Part shown: positions 22,436 through 30,695 of the stretch, in pieces
How positions within the stretch are numbered: the first letter of the stretch is position 1
Layout: each line of letters starts with the position of its first letter
DNA from: an uncultured delta proteobacterium
GTDB taxonomy: Bacteria; Desulfobacterota; Binatia; UBA9968
DNA length: 64,000 nt
NCBI GenBank assembly: GCA_963745035.1
Contig: CAVUVW010000013.1
Span: 416,001-480,000, forward strand
Direction of reading: 5' to 3'
Position numbers and translations under genes: made by a program
Notes under the pieces: model-generated
Seen by the model: only the letters and a program-made list of their open reading frames with translations
What the model was told of the DNA's origin: nothing
Databases searched by the model: none

Positions 22436-23740
22436 ATGAAGCATGACACCGCCAAAGTTCTGTCGATCAATGGACGCGAAGTCCGGGTAACCAATCCCGA
22501 CAAGCCGTATTTCACCAGGCAGACCAAGCTCTCGAAACTCGATCTCGTACGCTACTATCTTTCAGTCGCGCCGGGTGCCCTCCTAGGAATACGGGACCGT
22601 CCGCTGGTGCTGAAACGGTTCGTCGACGGTGCCGAAGGCGAAGCGTTCTATCAGAAACGCGCGCCGGAGAAGCGGCCGCCCTGGCTGCGAACGGTTACAT
22701 TGTCATTTCCATCGGGGCGCGAAGCAGAAGAGATCGTCGTCGATGACGTAGCCGGGCTTGCGTGGGTCGTTAACTTGGGCTGCATCGAGCTCCATCCCCA
22801 CCCTGTGCGCTCAACTGATCTCGAGTATCCGGACGAGCTGCGCGTCGATCTCGATCCGGGTCCCGGCGTCGCATGGGAGGATGTGCGTCGTGTGGCTCTC
22901 GAGGTGAAATCGTTTCTCGAGGAGATGGGACTTCGCGGCTGGCCCAAGACGAGCGGCTCACGAGGTATGCACGTGAACGTGCGGATCGAGCCGCGCTGGA
23001 CGTTCGTCGAGGTGCGCCGCGCCGCGCTCGCGTTATCACGCGCAGTCGAGCGACGTCTCCCGGAACTGGCAAGCTCGAAGTGGTGGAAGGAGGAACGCCA
23101 CGGGGTGTTCCTCGACTATAACCAGAACGCAAAAGATCGCACGACATGCTCCGCCTATTCCGTGCGCCCACTGCCGGACGCACGCGTCTCCACGCCGCTT
23201 CACTGGGACGATGTTCCCGACTGCGATCCCGCCGATTTCACCGTGCTCACGATTCCGAAACGTTTCGCGGAAATCGGTGATCCGCACGCGGATATGGACT
23301 CCGCGCCGGGTTCTCTCGAAAGACTGCTTGGACTTGCCGCGGAAGACGAAGCAGCGGGCCTCGGCGACGCGCCCTGGCCACCCCACTTTCGCAAGATGGA
23401 AGGTGAAGCGCCGCGCGTGCAGCCTTCGCGCGCCCGCTCCGCGGCGAAGAAATCCCCGACCAAAAGGCCACGGACGAAAATGCCGCTTCTGGTAGTCGCG
23501 AACTCACCGGACAAAGCGGCGGCGCTCGCCGGTCTGGAAAGGTGGAAGAGTAAACATCCCGACGTAGCCGTGCTTCTCGCAGTGGATGACGTGTTGATCG
23601 ACTCCATGCGCGGCAGGTCATCAACCTGGACACGCGTACGAGTCAACCTCAGACACGTGCCCGAAGAGTTGCGCCCCCAACAAGAGACTCCCGACCCGGA
23701 CAACGATCCCACGCGTGAATGGCGCAACCGGCGCGCATAA
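22436..23740 (+). CDS. LigD-type primase-polymerase domain protein (Prim-PolC-like) with C-terminal extension
   Basis: TNPDKPYF, FYQKRAP, PDELRVDLDPGPG, KTSGSRGMH, KWWKEER.GVFLDYNQNAKDRT. Confidence 0.9.
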   Translation: MKHDTAKVLSINGREVRVTNPDKPYFTRQTKLSKLDLVRYYLSVAPGALLGIRDRPLVLKRFVDGAEGEAFYQKRAPEKRPPWLRTVTLSFPSGREAEEIVVDDVAGLAWVVNLGCIELHPHPVRSTDLEYPDELRVDLDPGPGVAWEDVRRVALEVKSFLEEMGLRGWPKTSGSRGMHVNVRIEPRWTFVEVRRAALALSRAVERRLPELASSKWWKEERHGVFLDYNQNAKDRTTCSAYSVRPLPDARVSTPLHWDDVPDCDPADFTVLTIPKRFAEIGDPHADMDSAPGSLERLLGLAAEDEAAGLGDAPWPPHFRKMEGEAPRVQPSRARSAAKKSPTKRPRTKMPLLVVANSPDKAAALAGLERWKSKHPDVAVLLAVDDVLIDSMRGRSSTWTRVRVNLRHVPEELRPQQETPDPDNDPTREWRNRRA

Positions 23741-23921
23741 GGGGCGGACAATTCATGGACGCTGCAGCTAAACCCTAGTTTTATCGAATAAATGATGCAG
23801 ATCTATTGATTGTCTATCAGTGTGGCCTAACGCTGACTTCTTTTGTGAAACTCAACAATGGGGGTTGCTTTTGCATATCAGCGGGCGCTTCAGTATCGAG
23901 AGAACAAGGCTGCGCTCGAAA

Positions 23922-24602
23922 TCACTTCGGCTTTCCACTCCAAGAGAAGCCGCAGGACGGGCACCGATATTGTGGTTCGATGCCTTTTTCGTAGCTCTTG
24001 AGATTCTTTGGCAGGCTCTCCAGCAGAAATGTTTTGACACTGCGGCGCGTAAGCTCCCATTCGCCGGTTCGCGCTTCTGCCATGACCCGCTCGAATTTGT
24101 CCTTCGGCGCCTTGGCGAGACGGCGGCACCATGACGAGAGATTCTTGTCGATTCCGAGCTCGCGAAGCGTAAAACCATTCCTGTTGTCAGGAACGGTTTT
24201 CGATGGCCTGCCGCCCTTGCTCAGCCGTGTCTTTTGAAGCATTTCGCCAAGCTGCGTTTCGCACCTCAATTTTAGCTCGTTGGCCAAGTTGACGAGCTGC
24301 ATGTCCCTCGATGCTCGAACGAGCTGTCGGATTGCGTCCGCCTTGCCCCGAAAAGCCATCAGCTTAACAAGGCTGTCGGCGGCCAGAATTTCACGCTTAG
24401 CGGCGTCGATACGCGCTAGGATATGGTCACGTTGCGATAATTTCACAACCGAATCATCGCCGGCTTTGCAGACGATGGTCCAGCCGGTACCGCCTTCTCT
24501 TGTTAAGGGGTCTGGCGAAATCGCAGGAGTTGAGAGGTCCGGGGTCGGCTCGAAGTCGGGGCCCGTCGCTCCGACCGCGATGATTTGTTTCTTACGATCC
24601 AT
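23922..24602 (-). CDS. Phage-type hypothetical protein with C-terminal zinc ribbon
   Basis: KADAIRQL..ELKLRCETQLGEML..KGGRPS..TLRELGIDKNLSS..LAKAPKDKFE pattern; terminal YRCPSCGFSW. Confidence 0.55.
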   Translation of the reverse strand: MDRKKQIIAVGATGPDFEPTPDLSTPAISPDPLTREGGTGWTIVCKAGDDSVVKLSQRDHILARIDAAKREILAADSLVKLMAFRGKADAIRQLVRASRDMQLVNLANELKLRCETQLGEMLQKTRLSKGGRPSKTVPDNRNGFTLRELGIDKNLSSWCRRLAKAPKDKFERVMAEARTGEWELTRRSVKTFLLESLPKNLKSYEKGIEPQYRCPSCGFSWSGKPK

Positions 24603-24683
24603 AGCCAGCAATTACCAGGGAGGAGTCGCGGCGGTCAACTTTTTTCAGCTGGTTGCGTCACGGAATTACCGCGATTCGTAATC

Positions 24684-24712
24684 ATAGGGGCGGATTTGAA
24701 GCCCGGCCCTAC
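24684..24712. repeat. REP-like palindrome (GTAG family)
   Basis: ATAGGGGCGGATTTGAAGCCCGGCCCTAC; sibling at 25966. Confidence 0.7.
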
Positions 24713-24751
24713 CGGATAGCGGCGATTGCGTCACTTGGCAAGATTCAAAAT

Positions 24752-25840
24752 TCAGCGGCCACCGGCGAAAATCACCGCCAGCTCTTCGGGTGGAACGACT
24801 TCGAGTTGGGCGTAGGTGCACTCCTTCGGCTTCTTGTCCGTGCGCCAGCGGCGAAACTGTGCGGTGTGGCGGAAACGGTCGCCCTGCATGTGGTCGTAAG
24901 CGACTTCGACGACCAACTCGGGACGCAGAGGCTCCCAGGACAAGTCCTTGCCGCCGCTCCAGCGGCTGTGGCCGCCAGGCATGCGATGCGCGGTCTCACC
25001 ATCCCCTGATGCCTGCTCGGCCCAGTCGCTCCAAGGGTGGGCGGCGCGAGCGTTCTTCCGGTAAGGCTCCAAGAATTCCACCAGCTCGCGCCGCTTCTTG
25101 TCTGTGAAGCTCGCGCAGACGCCGACATGCTGCAACGCGCCGTTGTCATCGTAAAGCCCGAGCAGGAGGGAGCCGACGGCGCTCCGCTCGCCCCTCTTGT
25201 GCCAGCGAAACCCGGCGACGACACAATCGCAGTCGCGCTCGTGTTTGACCTTGAGCATCACGCGTTTATTGGGCTCGTAGGTTCCCGCTACCGGTTTGGC
25301 GACAACGCCATCGAGACCGGCGCCCTCGAAGCGGCGAAACCAATCGGTCGCTGTGCTCAATTCGCCGGTTGCCGGCGTCAGGTGAAGCGGGGGCGCCAGA
25401 GATGAGAGAAGAGATTCGAGCATGCGCCGGCGCTCTTGGAACGGCACGCCGCGCAGATCCCGCTCTCCCTCGCCGAGCAGATCGAAAAATACAATGGACG
25501 CCGGGATTTGCTTTGAAAGCAGCTTGATCCGCGAGGCGGCGGGATGAATACGGAGCTGCAAAGCGTCGAAGTCGAGCACGCCGTCCTGCGCAACGACGAT
25601 TTCCCCGTCAAGCACACAGCGGGACGGCAACTGTGAGCGGAGCGGCTCGAGTAGTTCTGGAAAATAGCGGTTCAGTGATTTTTCGTCGCGGCTCTGGATC
25701 AGCATCTCGTCGCGGTCGCGGAAAACCAGCGCACGGAACCCATCCCATTTCGGCTCGAAAATCCACGCTCCGGCTCTCGGCAGTTCGCCGATTCGCTTGG
25801 CGAGCATCGGCAGAACCGGTGGATTCACAGGAAGATGCAT
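24752..25840 (-). CDS. ligC: ATP-dependent DNA ligase, LigC-type
   Basis: PMLAK, FEPKWDGFR adenylation motif, LDGEI, FEGAGLDGVVAK, KVKHER, SRWSGGKDLSWEPLRPELVVEVAYDHMQG. Confidence 0.92.
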   Translation of the reverse strand: MHLPVNPPVLPMLAKRIGELPRAGAWIFEPKWDGFRALVFRDRDEMLIQSRDEKSLNRYFPELLEPLRSQLPSRCVLDGEIVVAQDGVLDFDALQLRIHPAASRIKLLSKQIPASIVFFDLLGEGERDLRGVPFQERRRMLESLLSSLAPPLHLTPATGELSTATDWFRRFEGAGLDGVVAKPVAGTYEPNKRVMLKVKHERDCDCVVAGFRWHKRGERSAVGSLLLGLYDDNGALQHVGVCASFTDKKRRELVEFLEPYRKNARAAHPWSDWAEQASGDGETAHRMPGGHSRWSGGKDLSWEPLRPELVVEVAYDHMQGDRFRHTAQFRRWRTDKKPKECTYAQLEVVPPEELAVIFAGGR

Positions 25841-25965
25841 ACCCCAGTCTACACCGCACCGCGCTCCATATCTACAATGGACGGATTCAGATTCGTTCGA
25901 AACGTTCCACGTTCGGATAATGGCGAGGCGTACCGAAAAAATGCCATCTGCATGGTGCAGAAGCT

Positions 25966-25994
25966 GTAGGGGCCGGTTTGAAACCCGCCCCTAC
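25966..25994. repeat. REP-like palindrome (GTAG family)
   Basis: GTAGGGGCCGGTTTGAAACCCGCCCCTAC. Confidence 0.78.
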
Positions 25995-26040
25995 ATTCCA
26001 GAAGCAAACGATCGCGTAGTGCCCAAGGGCTTCCGCGACA

Positions 26041-27177
26041 TCACTTCGCGCTCTTCAGAAACGGCTTCCAGTTCCATTCGAAGTTCGCATCCGTGTACGC
26101 TTCGGATGGCATAAGCGAAGTCAGGCCGCGTTTGGCGAGCTCTCCTTCGAATTTTTCTCTCACCCACTTGTCCTCGTTGACGTACTCGATCTGATCTTTG
26201 GCGCGATCTTCGACTTTCTCGGCGTGGCCATGGAACTGCATCGGCGGATGTAGCGCGAGATAGCGCGCGGGCTCGCCGCCGGCGTTGAAATGCTGGTGGA
26301 ACCATTTGTTCGGCGGCACGAAGCAGCTCGCTTCGTGCCAGGGCACGACGACTTTGTCTTTTCCTTCTTCCCACATGATCGAGTAACCCTCGCCGACCGG
26401 AATGACGATCACCCGGCCCGGGCCGTGGCGGTGCGCCTTCTTGTATAGCCGTGCGTCGAAGACCGACATATGGCAGGACATTTCGGAATCGGGAAACTGA
26501 ATGTAAACACTCCGGCCGCCGGCGCCCCGCCGCGCGTTGCTGTCGAGCTTGTCCCAGGCGCGCATGTCAGGGAAAAAATTGCCGTACCAGTAGGCGCGCC
26601 GGCCCCAGGATTCGTCGAGATTGGCCTGCGAAACCATCTTGGCCTCGGAGTAGAAATCCATCTCGTTCTGGATATCCGCGCCTTCGTAATTATTGCCGAA
26701 GATGAAATTCACGTCGCGCACGCCGGAGAGAGTGAGCGGCATGTAGTTGTAATGGAGCAAGCGCACCGGCTTGTCGCCCTGCATGTTGGTGAACTGGTGG
26801 GTGTAGTTGTGCGGCACCAAAAACATGCTGTGCTTTTGCCACTCGAAAGTTTTCTTCGGCCGCTTTTCGCCGGCCCAGATAGTCGTGAGGCCGCGCCCTT
26901 CGACGACGTAGACAATCTCGTCGAGCGCGAACTTGAGCGGCGGCAAGGTCTTTCCCGCGGGAATCTCGGTGACCCGCGCTGAGGTGACGCCTTCCTGGCC
27001 GACGAGTTGAATGAAAGCGGAATTGCACTCGCGCGCCTTCCACCAGCCGAGCTCCAGGGTGCGCAAGTCCTCGATGTAATAGCCACGGTGAACGGGTATT
27101 CCCTGCGCCTCCATCCACTCGTCGTAGGTGTAATACTTGCTCCACATTTTCCGCTCGCCTTGCATCGCCTTGGACAT
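26041..27177 (-). CDS. Bicupin protein B (gentisate-dioxygenase-like fold), paralog of 30696..31829
   Basis: N-cupin DEIVYVVEGRG..FEWQKHSMF; C-cupin KKAHRHGPG..PPNKWFHQHFN; ATG 27177 with GGGAGG RBS. Confidence 0.85.
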   Translation of the reverse strand: MSKAMQGERKMWSKYYTYDEWMEAQGIPVHRGYYIEDLRTLELGWWKARECNSAFIQLVGQEGVTSARVTEIPAGKTLPPLKFALDEIVYVVEGRGLTTIWAGEKRPKKTFEWQKHSMFLVPHNYTHQFTNMQGDKPVRLLHYNYMPLTLSGVRDVNFIFGNNYEGADIQNEMDFYSEAKMVSQANLDESWGRRAYWYGNFFPDMRAWDKLDSNARRGAGGRSVYIQFPDSEMSCHMSVFDARLYKKAHRHGPGRVIVIPVGEGYSIMWEEGKDKVVVPWHEASCFVPPNKWFHQHFNAGGEPARYLALHPPMQFHGHAEKVEDRAKDQIEYVNEDKWVREKFEGELAKRGLTSLMPSEAYTDANFEWNWKPFLKSAK

Positions 27178-27246
27178 GACGCTCTTCCCTCCCAATGGAC
27201 TTTGGCCATTCATATCACCACCGTAAATTGAAACAAATTGCGGCCG

Positions 27247-28107
27247 CTATTTCGCCAGCACTACGAGGATCGTGCCGACCACCGTCAAGAGCGCGCCGGT
27301 GATGACCCGCAGATTGATCACTTCCAGGTCTCTCAAAAAAATTGCCGTGAAAAGCAACGTCAGCACCGGATTCGAGCTGACCAGCGGCTCGACGATGACC
27401 ACTTTGCCGTGGCTCAGCGCATAGAATACCGAGAGCATCGCCGCGGTGTTGATAAAGCCGGCGGGAAACAGCCAGGCGGCGCTTCGGCGGCTCAGCTTGA
27501 AGGCGACCTTGCCGCCTTGAACCTGCAACAGCGCGAATGAAAAGAGCGCCGCCGAGCCGGCCGTCACCGCTCCCGCCAACACCGGAATGGGGATTTGATC
27601 CAGGCCGGCCTTGCGGAGAATCGCCGAGGCGCCGAACGCCATGGCGCCGACCAACGGATAGATGACATCGAGCTTGCGCCACTCGCCCGTGGCCGGTTTC
27701 GAGAGCGACAGAACCATCGTGCCGCCGATCACGAGTAGGGTGCCGGCGATATTCTGCGGCACCCAAGCCTCGGCGAGAAAAGTCACGGCGAAGATCGACG
27801 CGAAGATCGGCGACGAGTTGGCGATCGGCACCGATCGAGCCACACCGATCTTCTCGATGCCCACGTAGCTCAGAGTGCGGCCGATGCCGGGAGCGAATAT
27901 TCCTGCGATGACGAAGATCAGCACGGCCGGCGACCACAAGGCCGAAAGCGGCGCGAAGAAGGGCACCAAGATCCACAACAGCACGGCGCTCATGGATAGT
28001 GAAATGAACGATCCGGTCATCGCGTTCGATTCGACCAGGCCGCGGCGTATGAGAATATGCGCGATGGAAAAACAGAGCGCGCCCTGAAACGAAAAATAGA
28101 TATCCAT
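27247..28107 (-). CDS. EamA/DMT family transporter
   Basis: About 10 TM helices, GIEKIGVARS..NSSPIFA, ALSHGKVVIVEPL. Confidence 0.88.
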   Translation of the reverse strand: MDIYFSFQGALCFSIAHILIRRGLVESNAMTGSFISLSMSAVLLWILVPFFAPLSALWSPAVLIFVIAGIFAPGIGRTLSYVGIEKIGVARSVPIANSSPIFASIFAVTFLAEAWVPQNIAGTLLVIGGTMVLSLSKPATGEWRKLDVIYPLVGAMAFGASAILRKAGLDQIPIPVLAGAVTAGSAALFSFALLQVQGGKVAFKLSRRSAAWLFPAGFINTAAMLSVFYALSHGKVVIVEPLVSSNPVLTLLFTAIFLRDLEVINLRVITGALLTVVGTILVVLAK

Positions 28108-28115
28108 GAAGCTGC

Positions 28116-28976
28116 TTACCTCGCTGTGACCACGAGGACCGTGCCCGCGACCGTGAAGAGCGCCCCCAGGATGATGCGCCCGCTGAGCGTTTCAATCTGA
28201 CGGAGAAAAATACTGGTCCAGAGAATGGTCAGTAGCGGATTGCAGGCGACCACCGGCTCGACCCGCACGATCTGGCCGAGGTTGAGGGCGGCGAAGAAAG
28301 ACAGGATCGCTCCGGAATTGAGCACCGCGGCGGCGAACAGCCAGCGGCTGCTCTCTCGATGGAAGCGCAGTGCCGCTGTTCCGCCCCGGCATTGAATGAT
28401 GAACAACAAGGTCACGAACGCCGTGACGAGAGTCACCGCGGCCGCGAGCAGAGGCTCCGGAATTACGGTCAAGCCGGCCTTGCGCAAGTTGGTCGAAATC
28501 CCGAAGACCAGCGCGCCCAGAAGCGGATAGACGAGGTCCTTCTTCTGCCATGCGCGATCTTCCAGCTTGCCGGAGGAAAGAATCACCACGCCGACGATCA
28601 CCAAGAACGTCCCAACGATGTTTTGCAGGACCCAGCGCTCCCCCAGTAACAAAACCGCCAGGATCGAGGAGAAAATCGGCGAGGTATTGACGATCGACGA
28701 GGCGCGCGCGACGCCGAGCCGTTCCATGCCGATATAACCGAGGGTCTGGCCGATGGCCGGGGCGAATACGCCGCCCGCGATGAAATAGCCGACGTTCGGA
28801 TTGAGCAGGGAGGAAAGCGGAACAAAAACGACGAGGAGGAACCAGAAGATGACGGTGCTGGTGCCCAGCGAGATCAACGAGCCGGTGAGCGCATTGGACT
28901 GCAGCAGGCCGCGCCGGACGAATATATGGGTGATCGAAAACAGCAGTGCGGACTGGAGCGAAAAGTATTCGGCCAT
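28116..28976 (-). CDS. EamA/DMT family transporter (paralog of the adjacent gene)
   Basis: GMERLGVARAS..NTSPIFS, ALNLGQIVRVEPV; ATG at 28976. Confidence 0.88.
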   Translation of the reverse strand: MAEYFSLQSALLFSITHIFVRRGLLQSNALTGSLISLGTSTVIFWFLLVVFVPLSSLLNPNVGYFIAGGVFAPAIGQTLGYIGMERLGVARASSIVNTSPIFSSILAVLLLGERWVLQNIVGTFLVIVGVVILSSGKLEDRAWQKKDLVYPLLGALVFGISTNLRKAGLTVIPEPLLAAAVTLVTAFVTLLFIIQCRGGTAALRFHRESSRWLFAAAVLNSGAILSFFAALNLGQIVRVEPVVACNPLLTILWTSIFLRQIETLSGRIILGALFTVAGTVLVVTAR

Positions 28977-28991
28977 GCGCGTGGTTGCAAC

Positions 28992-29016
28992 AAAAAGGGC
29001 CGCTTCGTCGCGGCCC
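28992..29016 (-). terminator. Intrinsic terminator-like hairpin after the eutA-like gene
   Basis: Minus strand GGGCCGC-gacgaa-GCGGCCC-TTTTT. Confidence 0.6.
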
Positions 29017-29065
29017 CTATCTGCCGAAATTGCGACCACGCTCGGTTTGCGCGGTCTCTGTTCGG

Positions 29066-30606
29066 TCAGTCCGCCTGGGTCGTGGGAAACATGAGCGACT
29101 TGACGGTGACTGGAATCACTTCCGTAATGCCCAGGCACTCGCCGATATCGATGTAGTCCAAGTCGCCGACTTCGATGCCGTCGATGGCGATGATGTCGCG
29201 CGTCACTTTGAATTCATCCCTCAGCATGCCGCCGAGCGACTTGGCGATGTCGAGGTCGAGGGTCAAATAGAGCGGGCACTTCGGATCGTCGGCGTCTTTG
29301 AGAATCTCGGCGACTCCTTCGGCAATGCGCCGCACCGATTGGTACGTCGGCACGCCGCTCACGTTGAGCGACAGCGCCAGGCCGGCGGTGAACTGGGTCA
29401 AGTCGAACTTGCGCAAGGATTGCTTGAGCGCGTCGCGTGACCGACTCGCCCTCGCGAATGGGCGCCTGAATCACCTTGAGGCCGTGCACCGGCAGGGCCT
29501 TTTCGTTGGAGACGTAGCTCGTGTTGCCGCTCGCCTGAATCGTATATTCGCCGGCGCCGATGACCGTGGCGCGGATGCCTTCGATCGGTTCGCGCAAAAC
29601 GTCCTTGGGCAGCTTCTTCAAATACTCGCGCATGTTCTTGCCGAGCACCGGACCGATGTCGCCATAGGCTTTCGGATCGCGATCGTAGACATGCTCGGAA
29701 ACGCCGCCGGAAAAAACGATGTGCTGCACCTGCTTGAAGCCTTTATAGTTGACGAAAGGCGGCGTGACCATGAGCGAGCTTGCCATCGGCGAGTTGGGTC
29801 CTTCCTCGATGATCTCGAAGAGGATCTTCGCCATGTAGGCGCCGAAGTCTTCTTTCATCTTGTCGTTGATCTGTCTGGCCCAGCTCGACTTTGTAGCCAA
29901 GCTCTTTCATCATCGTCCGCCCCGGATCTTCGATCCGCGTGATCTTGTCTTTTTCGTCGAAAGCGATCAGCCGAGCGCCAACGCTGATCGACGCCGTTTG
30001 GCTCACAACGCCGTCTTCGACCAGAGAAAACTTGGTGGTGCCGCCGCCCATGTCGACGTTGAGCACGGTTTTATGCTCGCTTTTGGACAGATCCACCGCG
30101 CCGCAGCCGTAGGCCGCGAGCAGCGCTTCGTGGTTGTGGCCCGCCGCGGCGCAGATAAATTTGCCGGAGTATTTGGCGAAGTTCTCGACGATCGGTTGGG
30201 CGTTTTCTTTCTTCAGCGCCTCGCCGGTGATGATCACTGCGCCGGTGTCGACGTCTTCGGGGGTTAACCCTGCGTCTTTGTAGGCTCCGTGAATGAAATC
30301 GTTCACCTTATCGGTGTCGATCTTGGTGGCCGAGGTATAAGGCGTCAGCATGATCGGCGAACGATAAAGCACCTCGCGGTTGGTGACTCTAAACTTGCCC
30401 GATAGCGACGCGCCCTCGCGCCGCAACGTAATCAAGGAAAAAATCAGATGCGAGGTCGAAGAGCCGATGTCGATGCCCACGCTCTTGAGCGAGAACATCT
30501 CCAGCCCTTCGATATCGGTGACGATCTCGTCTTCCTTGATGATGAAATTGTCGGGATGGTCGTGATCGTAAATATCGTCGTGCATGGTCTTGCCTCGGTC
30601 CGCCAT
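29066..30606 (-). CDS. eutA: EutA-like (ethanolamine ammonia-lyase reactivase family) ASKHA ATPase; two apparent +1 frameshifts (about 29871, 29436)
   Basis: SVGIDIGSSTSHLIFS, YRSPIMLTP, DTGAVIITGEA, DMGGGTTK, FSGGV, IRATVIGAG, DYIDIG..IPVTVKSLMF across three ORFs. Confidence 0.85.
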
Positions 30607-30622
30607 TTTTTGCTTCCTTTAG

Positions 30623-30658
30623 AAAAAAGGAATCCCCGCTCGCTGGAGCGGGGATTCC
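30623..30658 (-). terminator. Strong intrinsic terminator between bicupin A and the eutA-like gene
   Basis: 13-bp perfect stem GGAATCCCCGCTC/GAGCGGGGATTCC, 4-nt loop, followed by T6 on the minus strand. Confidence 0.85.
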
Positions 30659-30695
30659 ACAAACGACTTCTGGGAGATTTTCGCCGTTCTGGCTC

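Noticed and set aside
17820-24700. Intact prophage or IS element
   Set aside because: Only relics and one phage-like ORF; no integrase, transposase, terminal inverted repeats or structural genes.
22436-25840. Classical Ku-LigD NHEJ locus
   Set aside because: No Ku, no phosphoesterase domain and no fused LigD; motifs fit the Prim-PolC/LigC subfamily.
29066-30606. Ethanolamine utilisation (eut) operon
   Set aside because: Only an EutA homolog is present; no eutB, eutC, eutH, shell proteins or cobalamin genes in the window.
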